A model generated the notes under the pieces. The model made no database searches. It had not been told where the DNA came from and saw only the letters and a list, made by a program, of their open reading frames with translations. Below are positions 53,101 through 63,347 of a stretch of 64,000 bases of DNA, in pieces; within the stretch, counting starts at the first letter, position 1, and each line of letters begins with the position of its first letter. The translations under genes were made by a program, and so were the position numbers. Source of the stretch: Setoptus koraiensis (Eukaryota > Animalia > Arthropoda); NCBI GenBank assembly GCA_048013815.1, contig CM106585.1, forward strand, positions 3,658,001 through 3,722,000. The letters run 5' to 3'.

Positions 53101-56100
53101 ACCGGCTCGGCCAGCTCACCTGTGCCGGATTTGTTGCATCTGGAGGCGACGTCTATCGACGGTCGATCTAGATATATGTTTGCAGCATAATGTATACACA
53201 ACCAGTATGCCATCTACAGCATGTAGGTCAGTGGGCAAAGTCTGATAGATTGAACTCGACTTAAATGGTCAAATGCTGATTGGACGGGTGGCATCGATGG
53301 GCATGGTCAGTTAGCCGAGAGCTGGCGAGTTAAGTGTCCGAAAGAAGCTGCCGAAATGGTGGCCGAAATGTTTCAGCTTGGGACAGTATCAATTTACCTT
53401 GATCTTGGTGCTGGCTGTCCATTAGTTTTAACACTTACTTTATACGTTGTGTGTGTGCTTATGGTCATCAGCTGGAGCTGCTGGCGCAGTATAAAGCTTA
53501 AATAGCATCACTCTGACTGCCGGCTAGACACTGTCCACAAATAGTCGTCGAGAGAGTGTAAGTGTTGACACTTACTTATCTAACTCGAAGTACACGTACT
53601 GAGCGCGTGCTGTCTGTCTTTCTCTGTCTGGCTGCTCTGTTGTCTAACCATGTGCAGCCTCTAGCGACAAAAATCTATGCCAACCAGCCAACTGTAATAG
53701 TTAGTTTGGGGCCCCGCAAAGCAAACAAGCGCAAATGGAAACAGAGATAAAAATAGAGCAAAGAATGAATAGAATTCAAGCCAGTGAGCAAACAGCTATG
53801 CAGTGCGAGATTATTTGCACTCGATGCCTCGCTACTCCCCCTATGTCACTACTATTTTGCCATAGGCGCAACACTAGTTAAATCATCACAATCGCTATCG
53901 TCACAGTGGCTGTTTGTGTCTTGTTGCCATTTGTTTACTAACCAGACCAGGCAATTGCGTCATTTTCCTTCTTGCAACTTCCAACAACTTGTGCCAGTTG
54001 CCTTGTTTACCCCTTAGCAAGTGGCTACTTTGATTACAACAACTACATGGCAAACATACACGATACATATGTATTGGCTGGTGCAATTTGACGCGCTATT
54101 AATTTGACAATTTGGCAGAGTTCAGTGCAAACTAAAGTGTGAGTTTTTTGTTTTTGTGCAGCCAGTCAGAGCAATCCGCAGCGTTAGAATCCAATATAAT
54201 CGTGCTCCATCAAAATAAAGAATAGAATAGATCGCTCGCAATAAATGGGCAACTTTGTTACGTTGGCCAATAACAACTGGCCAAGCAAGCAGAGAAAAAA
54301 TGATGCTGAAAACAAGATATAATTCTATTGCAAGCCTCAATGGAGCCGATCCAATTATCTTGTGATTATGCCATAATTAGAGTTGAGCCGAAAAACAGTT
54401 TAGCGCAATGTAACAGATAAAAGATGATGATATTTGTTGCTGTTGTTGTTGTTGTCCACAACAAATTGTCTCACATACATTGTTGTTTGTCGTTGGCTCG
54501 TACCATTGCGCAATCAACTGCTAACTCCAATCAATTATCTTATTCTTATCTGATTTATAACACGTTCGCTGAGGCTCATTCAATCGGGGACACACAATAC
54601 TATATATTCAGTTATCTTTCAATTAAATCTCAGCCTGGCAATCACATCCTTGATCACACATACACACATGATCGTCAGTCAGTTTCATGAGTCTGACACA
54701 TTCTAGTCTTTTGAGCCCTAAATCACAAAATTGTGTGCCATACAATAGACAATTTGCCACAATATGTGCACAACAATGAGCCCGTTATTGTCACTAATGC
54801 CGTTAATTAGACAGTACAGTAATTTGCAATATGATGATATTAATTGCTAACAATCATCTCTCGTTATATCTCAATTGTCATCTCATCACAATGTTTCCCA
54901 GTGCCCTCCATTCAACCGCGTCATGTTAAAGCTCAAGTGCTGAGCTCTCGCTCGGTAAAACTATCTTGGACAATTACGTTTGCACCCGCACACGATCTCA
55001 TAGAGGGTTTCTTTCTCGGGTACCGCTCCAGGGCCACCAGCCAATCGGGCAACGGAATACAAGAGACGCCCTCTTACACTTACAAAACAATTAAGCTCAT
55101 GAATAGCGGCAGCAACTTTAGGCTCACAAGAATGCACAACAACGATTTAGGTGCCAACAACAACGATTATGGCTCAATTCAAAATCACAATCAATTAATA
55201 ATTAATGGTAGTAGCAATAACAATAATCTATTTTCATCCGACAACAACAACAACAACAGCAACAACAACAACAATTTGGCACAACAAAAACAACAGCAAA
55301 CATTAAACGATAAGACGAGCTCCTCAATTTATTTGTCGCCCATTTCGTCCAGTTTAGCGACGACCGGCACTAATAGTATGGTGTCGCCATCTGGTAGTGG
55401 CCTCCAGGCATCACAGAAAGAGGGCGATCAGCTTGCTGAAATGCAGGCAGGCCTCGTTTCGGGTGTAGCAATTGGGACGCCATCTGCTAGAAACAACATG
55501 CAACAGCAACAACAGTTTGCAACAAACTTACAGTACAGTGATAACGGTCGACTGGTGATTATGGATAGTAATAACATTGACCAAAACTATAACTCTTTAC
55601 AGCAGCTAGAATCGTTGGCTCCCTATTATGCGGGCAACGTTAGCAACCTTTTGGTCATTAGCACATTTGAGTATGTAATAACAAATTTAGAACGCAACAC
55701 GGACTATTCCATCCTATTGCAATGCTACAACCGGAAGGGAGCGGGCCCGGCAAGCGAGCCGCTTTTGTTGCGCACATTTGTTAACGGTAACTATGACAAT
55801 GAGCATGACCACTCTGTTCGTTCTGTTTTGATTGCCAATACTAACTAATTTGCATATTTCTCTAAAATCGTATTTGGCTTATCGGCACAGATCCCCCCGA
55901 GAAGCTTGCACTTACCATTGACGAGGTGACAGAATCTAGCGCTAAACTAAGCTGGCGCTTCATTGCTAACTCACAGGACATTGATCATCAGCTGACTCGT
56001 GTAGTGTCGTCCAGTTTGGCCGGGTCGACCTCCATCACGGGCCACTACAAAACAACAAATTCAATGGAGCTCCCTCTCACCACCACCATGGGTATTTACA

Positions 56101-59100
56101 ATGGTCAGCAGCCGTCAAGTCCGGGCGGTTTGTCGCTGTTGTCAAATTCTTCGAGAAATTCCGTTGCTCCATTGGACGGTTTTATACTCAGTTTTGCTCT
56201 CATGACGCCCACCGCGTCAACGACCGATATGAGCAACATGGCCGACACGACAGCAAGAGGCAAAATTGTTGTCAGTCCATTATTGTCCACCAACGGTGCA
56301 CAACTGGACAACGATCAGCGGCCATCTAGCGGCGATTACCAGAGCAAGTCATCAACAGCCACTAACAAGAGCGACATCAACGGCGTTAGTGCCCCACCAT
56401 CTGCCACTAACAAGCTGACGGCTCCCGCGTCGGGTGTTGCTATCACGCCCAATCAGTGGCAATCCATCCAGTTGCCGGCTCAGCAGCGCAGCTATCACCT
56501 GAAGAGCTTAGATTGTGGCACCTCGTACGCCCTCTGGATAATGGCTTTCAACAAGGTGGGCAAAGGTGAACCGAGCGATATGCTTACGCTGACAACTCGC
56601 GGCAAGGGTATGTTACACCTGATCGTAATTATTCAGTAATGACTTTCAGTCATTTATATTACATAAGAATTATCACTGTCACGTCATCTGTTATTGACAA
56701 TTGTTTCTCCTCAATTTGAATTGCTGCCCATCCATTCGAAACAGCTCCCGTGGCCCCCGATAAGCGATCGTTTCTCACCATCAACGTAACCCAGGTTCGT
56801 CTTCATTTGAGCGCCTGGTACGACGGTGGCTGCGAAATTGACCACTTCATGATACAATACAAGCCTCGCCTGCAGGAGGAATGGGTCACCCTGTCCGATA
56901 ATATATTACGTGAACAGGTGAGCGTTGTCATACGTGACCTGTTACCTGGAACTTGGCATGATTTATTGGTGACAGCAAAGAATCAAGTTGGACTTACCGA
57001 TATCAAATATAGATTTGCCACTTTAAATGTAGACGGCAGCACAGTGCAACCACTGCCTCAGGATCTATTAAGTGCCCAGCAAAGTAACGGTGCCGACTCT
57101 AACGGCGACGACAAAAGTGCCGACGACAGAGGGCGCAACCCAAATAACTCTCTAGATCTATTGTGGAGGGGCTGGCATTGGAGCTGGCGACAATTATTCA
57201 ATGATCCACTGATATTTATACCCGTCTTGTGCACCCTATTTGTGCTGGCCTCAATACTGTCCTTTGCATTGTTTATATTTGTTGTTAGATGGCGCCAAAA
57301 GCGTTTACTTACTCATCTAGTGGTGTCGTCGGCAACAGCGACAAACAATTGTCACAACAACCCACAAACATCATTGCATCATCATCAACAGCACCAACAA
57401 CATCAGCAGCAGCAGCAACAGTTATCACCACATCATATGAATATTCATGGATCGCCATTGACAAGCAGCAATAGTCAACATAATAGTAACGCAAGCTCGC
57501 CAAAGAATGGACTTAATACGCGAAATCACATCAGCAACTATCAACAACAACATCAGCATCACATGCATATTAATGCCAGCAATCAAGCCGGTCATCTATA
57601 TGACACTATGCATACAATTAATCAGCAACATTATCACAATCAGCAATTGACACTGAGGCAGCAGCAGCAATCAAACAGCGGCCAACAATTATTAGCTTGT
57701 CCAGACAGCCAACAACAAATAGCCATGGGTGATACACAGCTCATAAATGGCACTTCCTGTCAAATTGGGCAACAGCAATACAATCAACAGCAGCAAACAA
57801 TTAGCTTAAATAATAACACTGATTTATATGGTACATTGCGCCCACATGAACATGTACATTCTCATTTGATTCAATCAAATCACCATCAGTCGTCACCACA
57901 TCACAATAATAGCAACACTGTTGCTTATTACGCAACAGGTAACCAACACCAAGGCGGCACATGTATGTTCCCACCGGCCGGACAATACAATAGTAATAAT
58001 AATAATAACAGCAATGTCGATCCAACAAACAATGGCGATGCTCTGGCAAAGCAAGTGACCATGCCAAATCAGACGGCATTTGATGAGCTAACAAGCAGTT
58101 TGAATACATCGTACGATCGTATGGCTCAACGTCTTCTTTTGAATGGTTACGCAACATTGAATGGTAACAGTAACGGCGGTATTAATGGCAAACGATCAAA
58201 CATCGAGGCGGCCTTACATAAGTCACATCAATTGAATTTGAGTAACTTGATGAATCAACAACAAACTGACGATATATCACTAAATGCCTATTCTGTTAAC
58301 AACAATTCGGCATCTAAATATGCCTCGTCGTCCACATCGGCCTTCACCAGTGCGACTGCCTCAACAACAACCACCACAAGTGTTGATGCCTCCATTATTA
58401 CAAATAATTCTCAGCAAAACGTTGATCAAAATGATAATGTAATCACAAGTACAGCCACTGATTCCTCTAGTGGCTACAATTCGTTCGCAAATTCAACAAA
58501 TCATCGATCATTCAATGGGATGGCGATCAGCACTGACCAACAGCATCAATTGGCAAACGGTGATGCTACTATGAATGATTTATTGCATTACAACTACAAT
58601 AAACATGGTAACACTGCAACAACAGGATCAACAAATAATAATAACCAGTTAGATGGTGATCAAAATCATTTTTTATCCGAGGCGGCGTTTGATTCAATGG
58701 CTGAACAATTGCTAGCAAGTGACGATTGTCAATTATCGTCTATAAGCATGTCACCAGAAATCAAGAAGCAGCCAAAAGAATCTACCAATAGGTTAGATTA
58801 TAGCAACAACAATAAACAATTTGGATCAAACGCCGATGAGACAGCTGTTGATAGTGACAAAGTTCGTCAAATATCAACCTCAACAACAACAACAACAACA
58901 AAAGATAATATACAAGCACCAGCCACAAAAGATGATGATGGTGGTGTCCAGCGAAATATTCATAATTGGTTTAACGCAGCGGCCACAGACGGGGCCATCA
59001 AAGGATCTGTATTGCTGCGATTGAGCCCAGCAAAGCAAATTATCCCCAACAATTTGGTTGACTTAAACACCAAAGTGGGAGTAATTGATCGAGACCATAT

Positions 59101-59206
59101 ATACGATGTGCCTTACAAGTACAAACACGATCAACTCAAGCAACAACAACATATGACAATCAACTTTGACAGAAGCAAGCTCCAGTCTGTATGTCGCTAT
59201 AATTAA
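28333..59206 (+). CDS. Dscam: Shortened Dscam (sDscam-like): SP, pro-segment, Ig7, Ig8, Ig9, FN1, FN2, FN5, FN6, TM, cytoplasmic tail. Exons 28333-28669, 33863-33910, 35686-35692, 36903-37138, 40669-40750, 44594-44646, 48034-48691, 48831-49111, 49317-49835, 54902-55786, 55891-56607, 56745-59206 (6285 nt, ~2094 aa)
   Basis: Every junction is GT-AG and phase-matched, and the total length is divisible by 3. Reconstructed motifs: KPILNEFSFPSSLVQGMRFVLMCTILDGDAPINIKWFKDG (Ig7-like); VPPRWKLEPTD..DCQAEGNPAPFIRWK..ENGSL..EGYYMCEADNG (Ig8); DSALYSCLAKNNFG (Ig9); PFDGNSPIT (FN1); LDCGTSY (FN5); AWYDGGC..DLLPGTWHDL (FN6); TM PLIFIPVLCTLFVLASILSFALFIFVV. Confidence 0.88.
32281..32375. repeat. 14-bp tandem repeat ACTGACCATTCGCT, ~7 copies
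   Basis: Directly visible in Dscam intron 1. Confidence 0.9.
33171..33235. repeat. (GT)n microsatellite, ~32 units
   Basis: Directly visible. Confidence 0.95.
33863..33910 (+). CDS. sDscam 48-nt exon (Ig strand A: KPILNEFSFPSSLVQ)
   Basis: AAACAG| acceptor after ~130 nt with no AG; |GTAAGC donor; phase 1 to phase 1; encodes the conserved P-I-x-x-F-x-F-P motif. Confidence 0.85.
35303..35368. repeat. 22-bp tandem repeat CCAATGGTCAGCAATGGCCAGT x3
   Basis: Directly visible, ~320 nt upstream of the 7-nt microexon. Confidence 0.9.
35686..35692 (+). CDS. sDscam 7-nt microexon GAATGAG (completes G-M-R)
   Basis: AAAG| acceptor after 215 nt with no AG; perfect AG|GTAAGT donor. It is the element that bridges phase 1 (33910) to phase 2 (36903) and gives the conserved G-x-R before the first Cys. 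Confidence 0.8.
40669..40750 (+). CDS. sDscam 82-nt exon (VPPRWKLEPTDQFAIIGDTVVIDCQAEG)
   Basis: ATACAG| acceptor, |GTAAGT donor; Dscam Ig8 N-terminal signature. Confidence 0.9.
42331..42443. repeat. 10-bp tandem repeat CACGCAGCAC, ~11 copies (8 perfect)
   Basis: Directly visible in the Dscam intron between the 82-nt and 53-nt exons. Confidence 0.95.
44594..44646 (+). CDS. sDscam 53-nt exon (GNPAPFIRWKQSVMPLSS)
   Basis: AATCAG| acceptor, |GTGAGT donor; G-x-P-x-P-x-I-x-W Ig signature; phase 2 to phase 1. Confidence 0.85.
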
Positions 59207-60674
59207 ACACGGTTATGGCTACACTTTTTGTCACGGTTCATGACAAAAATGCTGTTGCTACAATCGCTCATAGAGCACCAAGAGTCGCCACATTCGGGAT
59301 ACCTTGATAAATTTTTAGTTTGGAAAAAACTCATTTTGTCTGAAACAATCATTGAAAGTTTCTCTTGTTCGGCAGTTTTTCCATCAGTTCTACATGAAAA
59401 GATGGAAAATTGCCACATGAAACATTTCCGAGCTGTTTGTCAGAATCGAGATGTTTTCGCCCCCAGTCTGTACATTCAGAGTTGGCAGTTCCGTCGAGAG
59501 ATGCCCTTGACACGGCGACCCATCAATTTGCTGCTGCCTAACAAGTTCGCCCCGCTTTCGTCTGACAAGCGTCTTCTGAGACAAGGGCAATAGATAGATC
59601 GCAAATTACGCCATTACATTGATGGCCGGTCAGCAAGCCAGCAGACGAGTTAGTTGCTTCATTATTTGCATATTGGTAATCACAGATGTTTGTATGTTTG
59701 TTGGCAAGCCAGCGACACGAAGAAGATTTTTGCAGCTCAAGCTGGCATTGTTTACTGCTTGTTGTCAAGTTGTTTTCGTTATCGATGTTTTGATGTTGGG
59801 GTATGCTTGGCCAGTGATGCTTGCAGCTGTTGCTCGAAATTGACCAAAAAGTATTGGGAATGTCAACAAACATTCCGAGCACAGGTAAATGTCAAACAGA
59901 AGCGAAAAAACTTAATTTTTGATCAAAAGAATTTTTGTTCCAGGTAGAATAAATATTTTTAGAGTGGAAATTTCCAGCTCTGGAAACTCGTATTCATTAA
60001 ATGATAATATTGCGATGCAAAACTAGATGTAATGATCTTGACCTAGTATAAATAGAGATGGTGCTTGAACAACGATTACCAATCGTAATATTTCTAGTGT
60101 TTGGTCAATGTAACGAAAACAAATTCATTAGAACTCAGGAGCCCGCCTCTCAATGTATCTCTTTACGTGGCTCTGTGACATTCAACAGGTTGACGACTAA
60201 TATGACACACATTGTATCAATCACGGAGACCTCATTGCATGGAGCATCGATGCCACCAACATCACCGTCAGTTCAAAATGCTCGTATGGTGTTCAAATGA
60301 TTAGCACCGTATGGATTCGTTCGGGAGTTCTCGTCAACACGCTTTGATCAAGGGTCTGTCCAAAAATCGATGCTATTTCGGGAGCGAATTCTCTCAGTAC
60401 TGTATGCATGCGGTTAGGTTATATTTATATGTTGAACAAAAAAAGATGTGGTGCTCGGTTCGCAAATCATGAATCTGGAGCATGTGAGTGCATGGAAATA
60501 GATGAAAAGCGAATTGATGAAAAAGTACCGAACATGCCTGATGATGGAGCTTACTTCTGATGTGAGTGCCACCAGTAAAAACGGATCAGCTCTCCAAAAA
60601 CTTTCGCTGCATATTTAGAATACAATCATAGGGCGGAATTACAATAATCTTTACAGGGAAAGCATAGAATTACG

Positions 60675-62611
60675 ATGAGCTCAGTTTGTCGCGCCGCACT
60701 ACTACTGTCCGTGCTTGTCCTGGTGCTGTCACTATTGTCTTGGCAGTCGACAGGTGCCGAAGAAGCCAGCGTCAAGCCCAAGAATCTGAGCATTCAACTG
60801 CCTAAGATCTTCGATTGGGATCGTTATAAAGTAAGTGATGCTGGTCATTGTATATTTTACAATTGTTGACATCGAATGACCATACTCAACATAGCTCTTT
60901 GTTTTCTCTTGTTGGCCTTGTACAGGCGTCCTTCCAAAAGATATATCCTACAATCAGAGATGAGTTGGCCAGAAAGAAGCTGTTCATTGCCAGCGCTCTC
61001 AAGACATTTGTGCACAATCTGGCATTCAGGTTGGGCAAAATGAGATATTTTTTGAGCGTCAATCAATTCAGCGACAACACACCGGAGGAGCTGAAGAAGA
61101 TGTTCTCCAGTTTTAAGCCCAGAAAACAGGCGGAAGGCGAATCAAGCATAAATGGCCAAAGTGATGAGATGCAACCATTGACTGGGGTCGATATTGAACG
61201 ATTGGAACAAATGCTGGCGCGTATTGTCGCAGAAAAGCAGCCCGGCTATCGTCTGCTAGCTCAGCAACTGCAAGTAACGATAGAAAATCACAGATCTAAG
61301 CGTGACGTGGAATTATCCGAGCGAATTGATGATGATGGCATGCAATTGAGGAGTGGAAAAACGAAGAAAAGAAGCTGGCAACAAGTGTCAAAATCTGACA
61401 GCCGATATGATAGAAGACAGCGTAATAGCGACATGGAAATCAACGAGTTTCGATCTATGACGGATGGCGAACAACCGAAAGAAAGTGAAAAGTTTGTGAA
61501 GCGGGTGCCGTCGACAAATCCCGAGCACACTCCCCTCGAGTTGGTTAGTCAAGCTGCGAGCACCGACGGAAAAGAGGAAGGCTTGCCGGAGCAACAATTA
61601 AACTTGTTGGAGATGATTCCGAACTCTGTTGGCTATGTTAAGCGACAGTTTAACTGGTTGACTGATACTTTCAAGAATATGGTTGGTGAAGACGAGGAAA
61701 ACGACGAAGACGATCCATCAAACTCAAGCCCACTTTCGGCCACGGATTCCCTCAAGGATTTGGAAGCCTTTGTCCACAGTTACGAGTCGTCAAAGAGGAC
61801 CCGTTTGGGTTATTTGGGTGACGTCAGCAATGGTTCGAGACAGGAGGACAAAGTTTATTTGGATTATCGCCAAGAGGGTTGTCTAACTATTCCTAGGGAC
61901 CAGTTTCGCTGTGGAAGTTGTTATGCGTTCGCGATTGTTGCCTTGATGGAATGGTGGCATTGTAAGCAAACAGGCTTCTTGGTACCATTCAGCGAGCAGT
62001 ATGTAGTCGATTGTGGCAGGCATGTCGGTCTGTTCGGTTGTAACGGAGGAGATCACGAACCCATAGAGAGATTTATCAGAGATTGGGGCGTCGAGTTACG
62101 ATCTGATTATCCATATTTAGCTCGAGATTCCATTTGTCCCTACGAGAAAGACGATTGGCATAGGGCTGGCTACAAGCGGCCAGTAGTACTGAGTTACAAC
62201 CAGGTACACCTCAGGGCTCTGTGGCCCACCGCCTTGTTACTTTCTGGTCCCCTCCTGGCAGTCCTGAAGGTTCCCGAAGATTTTTCTGCTTACGGTGGTC
62301 TGGTGCATCACGGACTCAATTGCAATCATGATGGATATCACGCTATGTTACTTGTGGGCCATGGTGTTGAGGATGGCGACGAATATTGGCTATTCAGAAA
62401 CTCGCATGGATACTATTGGGGCGAGACAGGATATTTCAAGCTGTCTAAGGCAGCCAGTGATGAGTGTTACGACGGATTCTACGAAACAACATTAGATTAT
62501 CTCAGGCCCCCTGTGGGCCCGATTGAGGTAACTGAGGGTCACGGCAGGAATAAGCTCATTAGAAAATTAACACCCTACGAGGCTCATCACGAGGGCCTAT
62601 TGAAATTCTAA
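60675..62611 (+). CDS. Secreted papain-family (C1A, cathepsin L-like) cysteine protease; exons 60675-60830 and 60926-62611 (~613 aa)
   Basis: Signal peptide; I29-like inhibitor domain (FDWDRYKASFQKIY..VNQFSDNTPEE); QFRCGSCYAF (Q19/C25), FSEQYVVDC, GCNGG, YHAMLLVGHG (H159), WLFRNSHG..WGETGYF (N175). Confidence 0.88.
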
Positions 62612-62759
62612 TAGATTTTATTCATCGTCAGTATCTGCACGGAGCGATTGTGGAATAAACTGTCCATATAGTACCGAATCTCGGCAGTGACGATAAAAGT
62701 TGATTCAGATAAACAAAAAAAAATCATGTGGCATGTATATTCAATGTCTAGTGTTACGC

Positions 62760-62845
62760 GCTCGTACCTATCTCCGGCCTCTTATTCATGGTGAGCTAAT
62801 CCCATAACGGGATCGATTGAGTTTGCCGCGTAACTATCAATTGGC
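62760..62845 (-). pseudogene. Degenerate partial duplicate of the 63348-64000 ORF
   Basis: 62790-62841 matches 63563-63614 at 49/52 nt. It translates IDSYAANSIDPVMGLAHHE* versus IDSYAANSIYPVMKLAHRGY, with an in-frame stop. Confidence 0.6.
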
Positions 62846-63347
62846 AAGATCAAAATTGTCTACCCCAAGTAGCGATATCGAAAGAGCTCTGATTTTAAAA
62901 TTCGACATTATCATTCACTGAATCATTAGAACCATAGCTATAGCGAATGATGTACAGAATAATCAAGTTCTTCTAAGAGGCACAAAATTCAATGATGGAT
63001 CTTTTTATTTGTTGAATCCCGGCTCGAAATTTTCGCCGCAAGTTTTGGGGTTTAGCATGCCAAGCACTTAGACGGGTTTTGGCGGATGGGTGGAAGTTGC
63101 TAAAACAGGCGAGATTCGTGGAAAAGTAGCTTGCTTTTTCAACTTGGATAATTCCGGACGTTACCGCATCTAGTATGCCGATTATTTCGTTATGCGACCA
63201 GGCAAACCCCATCTTTCATTTATTTCGTATAGAGGAAAGCTTTCTATTATGCTTTTTATCGCTCGTCGGAATCTCGGATTTAGCTCGTCTACAAGTTTCT
63301 TTAATCTGCCTCTTATACCACGTATTTGCGATTAAGGGACATATTAA

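Noticed and set aside
24295-54690. Dozens of 60-235-aa ORFs in the Dscam region (e.g. 34310..35017, 42100..42717, 27610..28191)
   Set aside because: Built on microsatellite or tandem repeats (CA, GT, AAC, CACGCAGCAC), with no domain motifs or consistent splice structure; they lie in Dscam introns or upstream DNA.
59210-60660. ORFs between the Dscam stop and the cathepsin gene
   Set aside because: Overlapping short frames with stops and no recognisable family; treated as 3' UTR or intergenic sequence.
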